A stretch of 64,000 bases of DNA from Eledone cirrhosa (lineage: Eukaryota). Below the pieces are notes generated by a model. That model made no database searches and was not told the origin of the DNA. It was given only the letters and a program-made list of their open reading frames with translations. The stretch's first letter is position 1. Every line of letters starts with the position of its first letter. The DNA lies in contig OZ024742.1 in assembly GCA_964016885.1 (NCBI GenBank), positions 338,644,001 to 338,708,000 on the forward strand, written 5' to 3'. Of the stretch, positions 42,526 to 57,439 are shown piece by piece. The translations under genes were made by a program, and so were the position numbers.

Positions 42526-43039
42526 ATATATATAAATATAAATAAATATACATACATACATATATATATCTAACTATATATATCTATATCTATCTATCTA
42601 TATATATATAAAACAGAAGATGTCTGTCTCTGTGTGTCTGTGTGTGTATGATTTTTATGCATTTCCACATTTCTCTACCGATTTTGATGATTTATTTTCC
42701 AATGTGCTCCAAATTTACCAACGACGATCAACGCGTAATAACTTTTGCCAAAAATGTCCTGCTTCTATGAAAAAAAAATCGATAAAACTAAATACATGCT
42801 GTAACCCTCTCTCTTACACGCTTATTCACTCTGTCTACTACCCTCAATTGCAACTCTCTCTCTATATATATATCACACACACACACATATACATATACAT
42901 CTAAAGAGAGAAAGAGAGATGTAGAGAGAGAGAGAGAGTGAGATAGGTCGTTATACAGAGAGAGAGAGGTACAAGATAATCAGATATATATAGAGAGAGA
43001 ATGGCGACGAACATTTTTTGTACTACACAACATAATCTA

Positions 43040-43210
43040 TAAGTGTATACCCTCTATTTAATTGAAAAGTACTTCCCCTTTAATATGTCTGTAACCGTGC
43101 TTGACGACGGACCAGTTTAAAAGTGCCTCCTCAAATATACAGTGGTCGCCATAACTGGATCCCGAAACCAATGGTCGCACATATATGTTAAGTGTATGAA
43201 ACTTTGTTTA

Positions 43211-43215
<5 letters not shown>
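43040..43215 (+). repeat. Direct repeat of about 175 bp (second copy 44941-45116)
   Basis: TAAGTGTATACCCTC...GTTTATAC followed by (TA)n at both places. Confidence 0.85.
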
Positions 43216-43297
<82 letters not shown>

Positions 43298-43301
<4 letters not shown>

Positions 43302-43474
43302 AACGAGTAGGACCCCGACGGCTGAGCTCAAGCCGTTTCCACGGCTAATTCTCGAGGTCCTACTCGTTCCTATTACCCACTCTACTACCAAAGTACTCAA
43401 TACTTAGGGTAGTAGAGTAGTCCAGAATTAGCCGTCGAAACGGCTTGAGCTCAGCTGTCGGGGTCCTACTTGTT

Positions 43475-43478
<4 letters not shown>
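43298..43478. mobile_element. Rearranged fold-back element family F1 in (TA)n
   Basis: GGAACGAGTAGGACCCCGAC... and ...GTCGGGGTCCTACTTGTTCC inverted ends. Confidence 0.7.
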
Positions 43479-43528
<50 letters not shown>

Positions 43529-43627
43529 TAAATTTATTTATAACAGATTCCAAGCACTCGACTGATTTCTGGAGTATAATATCAATGATATTAATAAATG
43601 GAGACTAGATTTATAAAACCATATTTA

Positions 43628-43685
43628 TTTTATTATATATATTTCAAGGGTACCAAAATGTTGGTACGCTCTCATCAGATAAAAT
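43628..43685 (-). ncRNA. Minimal hammerhead ribozyme motif
   Basis: Mirror copy of 44788-44846. Confidence 0.78.
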
Positions 43686-44787
43686 ACAAAATTTGTTTTA
43701 TAAATGTTGACATACCCAAGAAACCAGACCTTATCGGTTCAGGTTCATCCTTAGTATGAATATGTAAATGAGGTTGAAACGTAAGGCTGAAAAAAGATCG
43801 TTATATTTAGACGCTAGGTAAATTTAAATAATTATTAGGATAATTTATAAGGATAATATTAATATTATGGTGTAAGAAAATTTAAGGAATGATTATCTTT
43901 TCCTTTATAATGTAACACGCTTAAACATTCCTTCTACGTAAAAACTAAACTTTACATAAATATTTATTTTCGTTGACTTAATAAATTTTTTTGTGAATGT
44001 TTCCTATCTTGATTGAACTATCTGAATGTACAAAATAATCTTCTCAAATAAAATTTATAACTACGTCCTTTTCTTAACTATATATTGAAAATGTAAACAC
44101 AAAATTATTCGTAACCCTTAACATATATAAAAATATTTAATTTATCTATCTAGTGAAAATAACAACATATATACTCACCAAAAATATTTATATAAATACT
44201 TAATAAACTAAATATAATAAACTAAATATAATAAACTAAAGTAATAAACTAAATATAATAAACTAAAATATACTTACAACCTTAAAATATACTTATAAAT
44301 ATTATAATGATTTGAATAGGTCCAATAATTTGTTGTATATCTCAATTTAAAAAAAAAAAATTTAAATTGGTACTCCACCACTTCAACACATTCTTAACTC
44401 TCATATTATTTTATAGATACTACCAAAATATATGATTATATAATTAAATAATTAAATATAATTATATCACTCTCTTTAGACCATCAATTTTATCCTAATA
44501 ATAATAGTGTATTTCTAACTATAATTTTTTCTTATAACCATTCCTTAAATTTTCTTACAACATAATATTAATATTAGCCTCTCTTTTTTTCCTTTTATAA
44601 ATTATCCTAATAATTATTTAAATTTACCTAGCGTCTAAATATAACGATCTTTTCCCAGCCTTACGTTTCAACCTCATTTACATATTCATCCTAAGGATTT
44701 GAAATTTTTCTTTCACTCTCCAAACAAAACCTGAACCGATAAGGTCTGGTTTCGTGGGTATGTCAACATTTATAAAACAAATTTTGT

Positions 44788-44846
44788 ATTTTATCTGATG
44801 AGAGCGTACCAACATTTTGGTACCCTTGAAATATATATAATAAAAT
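44788..44846 (+). ncRNA. Minimal hammerhead ribozyme motif
   Basis: ATTTTAT-CTGATGA-GAGCGTACCAA-CATT-TTGGTACCCTT-GAAA-TATATA-TA-ATAAAAT. Confidence 0.8.
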
Positions 44847-45111
44847 AAATATAGTTTCCATTTATTAATATCATTGATATATATATATATATAATAGCAT
44901 ATATATATACTATATATATTATAAAAAAGAGTGACGGTTTTAAGTGTATACCCTCTATTTAATTGAAAAGTACTTCCCCTTTAATATGTCTGTAACCGTG
45001 CTCGACGACGGACCAGTTTAAAAGTGCCTCCTCAAATATACAGTGGTCGCCATAACTGGATCCCGAAACCAATGGTCGCACATATATGTTAAGTGTATGA
45101 AACTTTGTTTA

Positions 45112-45243
<132 letters not shown>

Positions 45244-45264
45244 ATATATATATATATATGTATA

Positions 45265-46105
45265 TCTAAATTATAATAAAGTAAGGAGTGCGGGACTGCA
45301 TCCAGAATAAATTTTTTTTATCCCGTTTGTAAAATAAGTTCGATTACTTTGAATAAATAATGAATGAATATTACATAATTTATCAACTAAAATTCGTATT
45401 TATAAATAATTAAAAATTGACTTCTTTTTCAAATTTCTACACTTCTGGTATATCGTCGCCACCACCACCACTTCAACTACCATATATATAGAAAGAGAGA
45501 GTTTGTGATGAGAGAGATAGAGAGAGACAGAGTGATTATGATTTTCTACACGCTGACGCGTATGATTGTGTACATACATACATCTATATGTATGAGTATC
45601 TAACTATTATGAGTATATCTAAACTATAATAAAGCAAGGAGCGCGGGACTGCATCCTGAATATAATTTTTTTTATCCCGTTTGTAAAATAAGTTGCATTA
45701 CTTTGAATAAATAATGAATGAATATTACATAATTTATCAACTAAAATTCGTATTTATAAATAATTAAAAATTGACTTCTTTTTCAAATTTCTACACTTCT
45801 GGTATATCGTCGCCACCACCACCACTTCAACTACCATATATATAGAAAGAGAGAGTTTGTGATGAGAGAGATAGAGAGAGACAGAGTGATTATGATTTTT
45901 TACACGCTGACGCGTATGATTGTGTACATACATACATCTATATGTATGAGTATCTAACTATTATGAGTATATCTAAACTATAATAAAGCAAGGAGCGCGG
46001 GACTGCATCCTGAATATAATTTTTTTTATCCCGTTTGTAAAATAAGTTGCATTACTTTGAATAAATAATGAATGAATATTACATAATTTATCAACTAAAA
46101 TTCGT
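45265..46105 (+). repeat. Tandem repeat with a unit of about 354 bp (2.4 copies), Helitron-5'-like start
   Basis: Units begin TCTAAA(C/T)TATAATAAAG at 45265, 45618 and 45972. Confidence 0.85.
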
Positions 46106-46281
46106 AACACATGCTTAAACATATATTTCAATACTTCCGGTATATCTATACTATAGAGAGAGAGTGAAAGAGAAAGATGAAGCAATTTGGATTTTTTTCA
46201 ACACGCTGATGTGCATGTGTGTATGTTGTTCTTTGATTTCATAAAATTGCTAGAGTGAGAAAGAGTGAGTGTATGTGTGAG

Positions 46282-46393
<112 letters not shown>

Positions 46394-46509
46394 AACGTTA
46401 GAATATGTGTAATAAGGCCAAGACAATGCAGATATGGACATAGAAAAAAGAATGCAATAGTGAGAGATATTGATGAGAATTCGTCTTTCACCTTGAATTT
46501 ATTTAAATG

Positions 46510-46547
46510 TCCTTAATTTTCGAGATAATATCTCTTCTTCGGAGGGA
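46510..46547 (-). ncRNA. Hammerhead variant (CCGAAGA) downstream of GIY-YIG ORF
   Basis: Minus strand reads CCT-CCGAAGA-AGAGAT-ATT-ATCTC-GAAA-AT-TA-AGG. Confidence 0.5.
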
Positions 46548-46928
46548 AGTAAAAGTCTCAGACCAGCGTCTTAAATTTCCAATGAAGCCATGCTGACCGG
46601 AAATAGTATAGAGTTCTAACTTTAATATCAAAGAATTAAAATTAGGTGGGTAAAGAGTAATCTCCCTTTAAGAGGGGTTTGTTTATGTTTTTGTTGTGTT
46701 TTTTTAAATTTTATATACGTGCCTGTATATGTGTGTGGGAGAAAGCATGAAGGTGTAGGTATGTGTGTGTGTGTGTGTGAGTGTGGGAAGATAGGTCTAA
46801 TCGTAAAAGTGGGGGGTAGGTGTTATCTGGTGTTAGAACTGGTTTTGTGTGTGTATGTGTGAGAGAGAATAAGTGGAGGTGTGCGCGTGCGTGTGTGTGG
46901 GGTGTGTAAAGTGGGGCTAGAGGCCCTA

Positions 46929-47309
46929 TCAGGTTATAAATTGGGTGTTGAGCTCTAGTCTATTATTGATTGGTGGATGTGTTCTATCTATAATGAGTGC
47001 TTCCTTGATTCTAAGATTGCCGAGGTTTCTTTCCTTAGTTTCTATCCTAACTGTTATGTTTTTATCAGTGTTTTTGCATTTAACTAGGTGTTTCTTAAAT
47101 GAGGAAGCGTTAGTATTGAGGTGTTCTTTTATTCTTATGTGGAGTGGTCTGGTGGTGCTACCTACGTAGAAGTTGTTGCATTTGTCACACTCTAGTCTGT
47201 AAACTACGTAAGCCTGGTGGCATAGGTCTGTGTCGTTGATGGGGCAGTTGGCTAGTCTGCAGCAGTTGTCATGTCTGGTGGAGTGTCTCTTAGCTAGCCG
47301 TCCACGCAA
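46929..47309 (-). pseudogene. Penelope GIY-YIG endonuclease, 3' fragment
   Basis: VVYRLECDKCNNFYVGSTTRPLHIRIKEH..IKEALII..PPINNR. Confidence 0.88.
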
Positions 47310-47565
47310 AGAAGGACCCGAATGGGCCAGTTGAATATCCAGACCTTCTCGTCTGATGGCTCTGCGGATGGCTGTTGTTGTTTCTTCACTGAAGTGTGGG
47401 AGCTTCAGGAAGCAAGTGTTAGTGCCTCGGGTGTGGTGTCCTCTGTTCTTTCTGGCACGGTTTGTGGTGGATGTCGTGTATCCGTTCAGTACTCAAACTC
47501 TATATTACACATATTCTAACGTTTATACCTCATTACACAATGCTTCAAGTGAACTATAACCTCCT

Positions 47566-47600
<35 letters not shown>

Positions 47601-47653
47601 CGTTTCTGAATTTGTTTAGCAAGATTCTTTATCTGAAAACGTGTGTTGAAACC

Positions 47654-48112
47654 GATATTGTTATACTTTGGGAGGGTCATGTTGCCAATAAGAAACACCC
47701 GCACCATTGCTTTCACTTCAATTTATTATAATAAATTTATAAATTTAGGAATTTATAAATTTCCGGTTGGTTGGTTGGTTCCACAACCTGATGGTTGTTT
47801 ATATATTGTCAAAGTTCTTTCGTCACACATTCTCCTTTGTTCTGTCCTACGCCAACAAGATGGCGTAGGACAGAACAAAGGAGAGGCACAAAAACAAAGA
47901 AAAGAATCCCCAGTCACTGAAGATGTCACAGAATGTGTGACGAAAGAACTTTGACAATATATAAACAACCATCTGGTTGTGGAACCAACCAACCAACCAA
48001 CCGGAAATTTATAAATTCCTAAATTTATAAATTTATTATGATAAATTGAAGTGAAAGCAACTGGTGCGTGTGTTTCTTATTGGCAACATGACCCTCCCAA
48101 AGTATAACAATA
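47654..48112 (+). mobile_element. Penelope pLTR with inverted partial copy
   Basis: 47853-48112 matches 51080-51334; 47654-47833 is its inverted 3' part. Confidence 0.88.
47913..47955 (+). ncRNA. Hammerhead motif in pLTR
   Basis: GTCA-CTGAAGA-TGTCACA-GAATG-TGTGAC-GAAA-GAAC-TT-TGAC. Confidence 0.7.
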
Positions 48113-48122
48113 TATCTATCTA

Positions 48123-48215
<93 letters not shown>

Positions 48216-48411
48216 CAAAGGAATTGTTGTAAGGAACCAGATGGACCACAACGCACCAGAGTACTCAATACTTAGGGTAGTAGAGTGGGAAATAGGAAAA
48301 AGTATGACCCCGACGGCAAAGCTCAAGCCGTTTCGACGGCTTGAGTTCTGCCGTCGGGCATATATAGTGACGAAACATAAGTCAATTGCATGAACTCATA
48401 ATCTTTTATTT

Positions 48412-48467
48412 ACTGCTATATATATTTCGATGATAGCCATTGAATGGCTATGACCTCATCAGGCAGT
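48412..48467 (-). ncRNA. Minimal hammerhead motif (related to 29861)
   Basis: Minus strand reads ACTGC-CTGATGA-GGTCATAGCCAT-TCA-ATGGCTATCATC-GAAA-TATATA-TA-GCAGT. Confidence 0.8.
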
Positions 48468-48974
48468 TAGTCAGTCCTTAGATATTCCAGGTCTGCGTTT
48501 ATGGTGTTGAGCCTTGGGACATATGAGCTTGTTAGGAATAATTTAATGTTGTCAGCAGGAATAATCTTAATTCTCATTGGTCAGTTTGTAGATGCTAGTA
48601 AGGTTGGTATTTGACCTCAAAGAGGCAGGTGGTTTTTCTATGTGAACGTTGATACTAGGTGTTTGTCGCATTTAATCAGATTCTCTCGCTGATGATGCCC
48701 ATGGATTATCTGTTGCAAACACACTCAGGGCGAAACAGATTATTCTGTCCGAGAGATATAATTGTTATTGAGGCGGTTTGTATAATATAATTTAATTTTA
48801 TTTTATCATTCTGTCTGCTTCATGGTTAAATATTTCAAACAAATGTGGTCTTTCAACCCTAGTAATATTAGACACACGATTTACTGTGTTTCTTACTACA
48901 TATATATTATTATTATACGGCTCGGTATTTATACTTTGAGCTTACTGATTACAGGGTTTCAGTAAGAGTTATGA

Positions 48975-51334
48975 TGATGTGGACAAACATAATGCAGCCC
49001 AACAAAAGGACTGCCAACAACTTCCAGGCCTGGAACAATGACGTGCCAGCGTTGTATGGGCTTCGAAAAGACCATAAAACGAGCAATGATCCTGTCACAG
49101 GACCATCAACACGGCCAGTCTGTGGAGCTAACATTGCTAGTAACTACAGACTTTCCTACTTCCTCTCCCTGATCATACGCCCCATCAGTGAAATGTCCCC
49201 AGATATATGTGACAGCACGGAGGACCTCCTCAGCAGAATCAGCGAAAGTAACCGATCTAACAAACTGCATAATAGGTAGTATGGATGTTGTGTCCCTGTA
49301 TCCATCTATTGACGTGGATTTTGCTGTGGAGAAATGCGTAGAAATGATCAGTGAGAGCAATGTTGAATTCCGTGGGATTGATACCAGTGAGCTGGGACTC
49401 CTACTTAAACTTACCTATAATAATGATTATCTAGATACATATGACCTCAGCAACCTCTGCCCCACAAGACCAGACAGAGGCAGAACACCTACCATTAACT
49501 CAATGGCCAAGAAAACCCACACAGATAGATGGAACAGGTGGACCAGAGCCATACGGATCCACGAAAACCACGATGAACTAAAGAAAATGATTGCACATGC
49601 GGTGGGGGCCAGTATAAAATTAACCCTTAAGGAACATATGTTCAAATTTAATGGCTGCTCCCTCCCAAGAGGAGGGAGCAGCCATTGGTGTTAGCATTGC
49701 AGGTAACATAGCTAACTTATTCATGGTATGGTGGGACAATAGACTTAAACTTAAACTTAAAGAACAATTAGAAGACAGCAACCCCTTAACCCTGATAATG
49801 TACTCCCGCTACGTTTATGATATAAACGTCGTAGTAAAAACACCCCCACTAGAGAATAGTCAGGAATTAGAGAAACACCATGGAAAGCATCCAGCAAATA
49901 GCTAACTCCATCCACCAGAGTATTAGAGTTACTATAGACTACCCAAGCAAACACCCCAATCATCGATTACCTGTACTAGACACAGAGCTCTGGTTAGAAA
50001 CCATTAATGACAAAAAACAAATCCTCCATTCCCATTAGGCCAAACCCATGACTTCCAAATATTTGATCCACCGAAACTCAGCTGTTTCGGACCACACTAA
50101 AATCAACATACTGATTGCGGATTTGGTACGGGTGATGAGAAACGTGTCCTGCATGTGCAACCCCAAAGAACTAAAGAGACACATACAACACTTCATCCAC
50201 CGTATGCAGTTCTCTGGTTACAATCAGAGAGATAAAATCAGAGTATATAGAGGAGCCAGAACCAAATGGGAAAAAATGGTAAATAATGATACAAATGGTA
50301 CCTGCCCCTCGTATAGGAGCAAATTTTGGAATAGAATAGAAAGAACTAGGAATAAGGTTAATAGAATAAACTCATGGTATGATAGCAATAAATACCAGAG
50401 TGTAATGTTCATCAATACAACCCCTAGAGGTGAATTAGCTTACAAATTTAGAAAGGCCCTAAATAAACATAAACTCAATATTAAGATAGTAGAAAGACCA
50501 GGTACCTCTATAAAAACACTTATTAGCAATACATACCCTTTTCAAAGACCTCCCTGTATAGATAAGAAATGTATAATTTGTAAACTAAGTCCCCATATTA
50601 ACTGTAAAACTAGAAATGTAGTATATAGCATAAGATGTACTGAAGGACAATGTAGAGATAAGAATATAGTGTACATAGGTGAGACAGCTCGTAGTATAGG
50701 AGAACGGATAAATGAACACTGTCGAGAGCTTCAAGATAGTAAAGAGTCATCTGTACTCCACCAACATGCTAAAATAGAACATAAGGGTAAATTAGAGAAC
50801 ATAGAAATAAAAATAGAATCTACACACAGAAAAGACGCAATGTTTAGACAAATCACAGAAGCAATAAACATAAATGAACTCCAACCAAAATTAAATAGAA
50901 AACATGAATGGAATAGCAACATCACAACTTACAATTAAGGATAAAATGAAAACACACACACACATAAAAAAAACAACCAACCAGTAACATGTAAATAAAC
51001 AAATAAATAAACAAATATAAACACACACAGACACCCGGATGTAACACATGCGCAAACTAAGCACACAACACACACAAAAACAAGATGGCGTAGGACAGAA
51101 CAAAGGAGAGGCACAAAAACAAAGAAAAGAATCCCCAGTCACTGAAGAGGTCACAGAATGTGTGACGAAAGAACTTTGACAATATATGAACAATCGTCTG
51201 GTTGTGGAACCAACCAACCAACCAGAAATTTATAAATTCTTAAATTTATAAATTTGATTTATAATAAATTGGAGTGAAAGCAACTCGTGCGTGTGTTTCT
51301 TATTGGCAACATGACCCCCCCAAAGCATAACAAT
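48975..51334 (+). mobile_element. Penelope-like element, 5'-truncated: disrupted RT + GIY-YIG + 3' pLTR
   Basis: LYGLRKDHK, TRPVCG, SMDVVSLYPSI, GAAIG, RYVYDI, LPVLD; NVVYSIRC..VYIGETARSIGERINEH with stop at 50938. Confidence 0.92.
51138..51180 (+). ncRNA. Hammerhead motif in pLTR
   Basis: GTCA-CTGAAGA-GGTCACA..TGTGAC-GAAA-GAAC-TT-TGAC. Confidence 0.7.
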
Positions 51335-51444
51335 ATATATATATATATATTTATATTTATTTTTTTTTGTTTTAACATATATTTATTTCTCAGATTTCAC
51401 CGTAGAGATAATATATATTTATACATATATGACAGAGAGTGAAT

Positions 51445-54400
51445 ATGGGACGCAGAAAACATTTCTCATCTAAATCCCAACGCATGGCAGCAGAAGCACA
51501 ACGACAAAGAGAGAAGAGGGCAAATCAATCAAACAGTAATCGCTCTACAACATCCCAACACATTTCTACAAATGGTAACACACCAACAACTTGCAACAAA
51601 TACACCAAACGTTCAGAGAGGAAGGAACAGGTCAATTGAAGGTCTAGCAAAGATTCCTATAGATGAACCTTTCCAAGAGCAAACTGTTCTTTCCATAATG
51701 CCACAACATAATGTAGGGAGTCTCTTTCCCTCTGTTTGTCCGCACTGCAAAGCTTATCGCTGGCCGCATGAACCCAAATCTCTGTGCTGCTTCCAGGGAA
51801 AAGTGAAACTCCCCAACTTCCTCCTCCTCCACCAAATATACTGAAATATTTCGATATCACTCAAGCAGGAAATTCTTTTCTCCACAAGATACGTGCATAT
51901 AACAATGTGCTTGCCTTAGCTTCTATTTGTTGCAAAGAGATTAAAGCACCAGGATTTAGTTCCACATTTAAGATCCAAGGTAAGATTTGTCATATTATTG
52001 GATCACTACTTCCAAAGTGATGCTTCACCCAAGTTTGCGAAGCTTTACTTCTATGATACAGATCATGAGCTTCAGAATCGCTTGCATCATGCTAATTTAG
52101 ATGCTGCTGTCCTGCAGGACCTGCAAGAAGACTTGCACTACTGTAACAACTATATAAGAAGCTTCAAGTCAGTCATTGAATTGCCAGTTTCTGAAAATGT
52201 GAATATTGTCCTACATGTTGACAAAGTAAAACCCACTGATTTTCATTGTCGCACATATAATCTTCCCATGGCATCTGAGATTGCTATTATTCAACTTGAT
52301 GCAGCATTAGGTCTTTTGGATGTCATCATTCACAAAAGAGATGGTGGTCTTCAGAGGATTCATCAGTTGCACCGTTCTTATAATCCTCTGCATTATGTGC
52401 TACTGTTTCCTTGGGAGAATGATGGGTTTCAGGTTAGTTTGAAAAGGATTGACAACAACAACACACTCACACCCACTGTTATCGGTTTCAGGTTAGGCAA
52501 GGTGATTGTAACATTATCATGAAGAGCAGGCGGCTGATGCAGCAATATGCTGTAGATGCCCAGGCAAAAATAGAACATTGTCGCCTCAAATGCGCCCGCA
52601 ACAATCAAACCATGATACGAGCTGAAAAGTATGAGGGTTTGTATGATGCTGTGACTGAAGGAGATTCAGTAAATGCAGGCCGGAGAATTGTTCTTCCTCC
52701 TTCAATCTATGGTTCCCCTCGCTTCTACAGTGAGTGCTTTCAGAATTCGATGACGTGGTTCAACACATGGGAAAGCCATTTTATTTCATCACGGTAACAA
52801 CTAACCCTAACTGGGATGAAATAAAAAAATAGTTTGCACCCTGGTCAAGAACCTAGAGACCGTCCTGATATTTGTACAAGAGTCTTCAAGATCAAGCATG
52901 ACAGCCTCGTGGATGACATACTGAAAAAAAATGTCCTAGGAAAAGTTGTGGCTCATTCTGCTACAATAGAGTGGCAGAAACGAGGCTTCATTCATGCTCA
53001 TATTCTGCTGATAATGGCTGAAGATAGCAAACCCAAAACTGCTGATGCCATTGATCAGGTAGTGTACTGTGAGATTCCTGATAAAGAGACCAATCCAATT
53101 CTGCATAAGATCATCACATCCTACAACATTCATGGCTCATGTGGACAAGCTAATATGATGTGCCCATGTATTGAAGGGCTAGGACAACAACGCCATTGCT
53201 CAAAGAGTTATCCCAAGTCATTCAGACAAACCATATTTGTTGCCGAAAATTCATTTCCGGAGTATAGAAGGGATAGACAGCATGGTGGTCACACCCATAC
53301 ATCCAACTTAAAGGTTAATAATTTACTGTTGATAATCGTTGGATTGTTCGATACAACCCTTTCCTCTCATTGAGATATCAGTGCCACATCAATTGTGAGG
53401 TTGTCCACAGTGTCAAGGCTGTTAAGTACTTATATAAGTACATCACGAAAGGATCAGACAAGATCACTTTCACTATTAAGGATGATCAAGGAAATTGTGT
53501 CCATGCCCAAAATGAAATTGAGACCTATATCAATGCACGGTACACCTCAGCCAGTGAAGCATACTGGAGAATCTATAAATTTACATTACATCATCGAAAA
53601 CCGCCAGTTGAAAAGTTGCCTTGCCATTTACCTGGGAAACAAATGGTCGTGTATGAGCGAGGGCAGGAAGAAAGTATTGTTTCTAGGGGACAGCCAATGA
53701 GTAAGTTGACGGAATATTTTCAACTGAATATTAGAGATCCACTGGCACAAAACATATTGTATATTGATATTCCTAAATATTTCACTTGGACAAACAAAAA
53801 GTGGCAAAAAAGAAAAAAGGGACATCTGGATGGTGATCAACAATTTATGAGTGAATCTCTTGGACGCATTCCAACAGTATCTCTCAGCAGACATCAATCT
53901 GAATTATATTACCTCAGAATGATCCTACATCACAAGGCTGGGTCACCTTCATACAAAGAATTGAGGACAATTGAAGGAGTTGAATTTTTAACATTCCAAG
54001 AAGCATGCAGGAAACTTGGTCTGTTAGATGAAGATAGAGAAAAAGACAAAGCTATGGAAGAGGCCTCTTCCATTACACTTGGTCCTCAGCTGCGAGAGAT
54101 CTTCTGCACCATTTTATTGTACTGCATGCCAAATGACCCTCTGCAGTTCTGGGAGAAATGGAAGAATTGTCTTGCAGAGGATATCATGCATGAACGTTGT
54201 GAGCAAGTCATGTCCATGCAAACCGTGCAGATTGTTCTACAGAAGATCCAACAAAGACTTCAACATGATGGCTTGGACATTCATGCCAACTATGGACTTC
54301 CTCGGCCAGATCCAACTATTGTTGCCATACCAGAAATCAATGGTTCGTATGGCAGAAACTGATTTCAATACACACCAACTGCAAGCAAACATAAATGAAC

Positions 54401-55750
54401 TTCTGCCAACATTGAATCATCAGCAACTGGTTATTTTTCACAAAGTAATCACCTCTGTAAATGAAAATGAAGGCAGAATTTTCTGCTTGAATGCAAGTGC
54501 AGGTACAGGAAAGACCTATGTCATAAACATCCTATTGGATTACCTCCGATCTAAAAAAAAAAATTGCACTTGCCACTGCCATATCTGGAATAGCAGCCAC
54601 TTTGCTTCACAAAGGTAGAACTCTTCATTCCAAGTGCAAGATTCCTCTCAATGTGACTGCTGAATCAACTTGCTTCTTCACAAAGAGGGATGACACAGGT
54701 AAACTTATGCAGCAAACTGACTTGCTAATCATTGATGAGATAGGTATGGGACATAAGCATATCTTTGAATGCCTTGACAGGAGCTTCAAAGATGTTCGAG
54801 ATTGCAAAAAGCCATTTGGTGGTCTAACAGTATAACTATCTGGTGACTGGAAGCAAATTCTTCCAGTTGTACGTCATGGTGCTAGACCACAAATAGTTGA
54901 GGCAACCATCAAGAGATCCTATCTCTGGGACTATGTGGAAACCAATCAACGGTTAATTAATACAGAGGATTCTGATGAAAGACAATTTGCAAACTACCTT
55001 CTTGATGTGGGAAATGGTAACATTCCAACTGTTCCAACTGTAGGTGCATTCACAATTCTTCTGCCAAATGAACTTTGTCTGGAATATGGTAATGAGTCTG
55101 AACTGTGTGATTTTGTGTATACAAATCTTCCAGGAAACTACACAAACCCACTATGGCTTGCAAATAGAGCCATTATCACTCCAACAAATGATGCAGCAAG
55201 ATTGGTGAATGAGTTCATGGTCATGAAATAATCTACAGAAGCTCTGATACAGTAGATAATGAACTGCAATATCCAATTGACTTCATCAACAAACTTACCC
55301 CATCAGGCTTCCCAGCACACATACTTAACTGAAGAAAAGCAGTTGCATCATGCTTCTGAGAAATCTGGATCCTCTAAACGGGCATTCCAATGGTACACGC
55401 TACATCATCATCAGTTTACATAATCATGTAATTGAAGCTGAAGTGGCATTGGGTCCTAATGCTGGAACAAGGTTATTAATCCCAAGGATACCACATGTAT
55501 CTCAAGAACTTGAGTTCCTTTCACCTTTACTCGCAAGCAATTTCCTGCCAAACCAGCCTTTGCCCTTACATGCAACAAGGCACAAGGGCAGACATTTGAA
55601 AAGATTGGTGTATATCAACCAACACAATTCTTTTCACATGGTCAAATGTATGTTGCATTATCACGAGTTACAAAAAAAGAAAATATAAAAATATTAAATG
55701 AAAGGGGTCTGTTTGCTGACAACTGTGTCTACAAAGAAATTCTACAGTGA
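51445..55750 (+). pseudogene. Helitron RepHel (HUH Rep + Pif1 helicase), multiply frameshifted
   Basis: EWQKRGFIHAHILL, KYLYKYITKG, ASAGTGKT, LIIDE, GDWKQILPV, MLLRNLD..NGTR, KAQGQT, FSHGQMYVALSRV. Confidence 0.95.
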
Positions 55751-56007
55751 TGTGAAACAGCTATCACTCTCTTTTAGTTGAAATGCATTTCAGTTTCTTT
55801 TTAACTGCTAGAAAAAGGACACTACAAAAACTTAAGAAGTCTATATGTGAATACAGTAAAATAAAATTATAGCGAAGGTCAACTCTTCATATTGCTAAAT
55901 GTAATTCATTCATTCATACCAGCAGCATCTATTTTCAAATTCACTGCTTGAAGCTTCCGATCGACATTCTCAAGTGAAGATTCATGAACATTTTCCGTCA
56001 ACGGTTT

Positions 56008-56039
56008 CATCGCTTTTCCGAGGGCGGTTCTTCTGCTAG
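56008..56039 (+). mobile_element. Helitron 3' terminus (hairpin + CTAG|T)
   Basis: CGCTTT-TCCG-AGGGCG hairpin, then CTAG at 56036-56039 followed by T; about 290 bp after the RepHel stop. Confidence 0.7.
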
Positions 56040-57002
56040 TAACTATAATCACGCAAACACAAATTTATAAAAATACAAGCTTACGGACATACATTCAGAT
56101 AAATACACATACTTTCACACATATACATTCGCACAAACACACATTCACACATATGCATTTACACAAACACACACATACAGTCATGGTAACGTTCGGTGAA
56201 TTGGAAATGGGAGGTTAAACAAGTATAACGTTTTAATTATTTAGTAACAACACAGTTTAACTTTTTTAAAAACTCATTTGTATAAAAATCTATATATTAA
56301 TTTCAACAATGTCAGTATTCCGTGTGTCATAATTCTCGATTATCATTTGTTCATAGGTTTCAAACGACTCCGCCCACTTCAACGACGCCAAACTTAAATT
56401 AATATGCATAATGCCAATGAGGGAGTGAGAGGGGAGAGTAAGAAACAGAAAGGCAAAGTGAACGCTGTGTTGGATACACTATGTATATGTGTCAGTGTAG
56501 AGACATGTGTGTGATGTGTGTGGAAATAAGAGGGGAATGAAAGCAATAACTATTAACATCTGTGCGTGTGTATGTACGTGCGCGTATGTTTATGTGTGTG
56601 TGCGTTCCACAGAAAGTAAAAACTATCAACATGTGTGAGTGTGCGTGTGTGTAAGTGCACGGGTGCGTGTGCGCGTTTCCATGCGTGTATGTGTGTGTAC
56701 GTGCGGCGTTCCACAATCGCCACGCAGTTTATCTGTCTGTGTGCCTGTCTGTCAGTCTAACATACACAGAGTTGTGAAGGGAGTAAATAGGGACCTTTTT
56801 TATATTGACGGACATCTTTTATATTTATTATTGTGTCATTTTTTGACAATTGCTCGAAATAACGAAGAATCTGGTATATCTGGAAGATCTTTTTACTGTT
56901 TTTTTGTATCAGAGAGACACCACGGACTCGCCTCATACTGTAACCAGACAAACATCCAATACAGTCATTTTCTCTTTTACCTGTCTTCTCTTATCATCTG
57001 TT

Positions 57003-57032
57003 TACCCAGGCGAAGCTGGGTACGTCAGCTAG
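57003..57032 (+). mobile_element. Second Helitron-like 3' terminus
   Basis: TACCCAG-GCGAAG-CTGGGTA hairpin, 6 nt spacer, CTAG|T. Confidence 0.65.
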
Positions 57033-57439
57033 TTTAATATAATGCTTACAGAACAAAAACACAAACAAATATAATATATACAAAGAAAAGGAAAACGAAA
57101 AAAAGAAAGAGAAAAAATACACAAGCACAATACACCCACATCTAAGACCACATAGGCTGGATAATGTAGTTAGTTAACAGGACACGGTAGCAAAAGAGTC
57201 ACTAACTGTGACGTCCCATTCACACAAATACACATACTTTCACACAAACACATACATACATTCACACAAACACACATTCACACATATACATTTACACAAA
57301 CACACACATACAGTCATATAGTCATGATAGCGTTCGGTGAATTGGAAATGGGAGAGTAAAAGTACAACTTTTTATTTATTTATTAACAACACAGTTTAAC
57401 TCTCTTTTTAAAAACCTATCTGTATAAAAATTTAATATA

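Larger units (their letters stand above)
43579..44880. mobile_element. AT-rich element with about 300-bp inverted arms (pLTR-like) carrying hammerheads
   Basis: About 43579-43892 is the reverse complement of about 44538-44880, with indels. Confidence 0.75.
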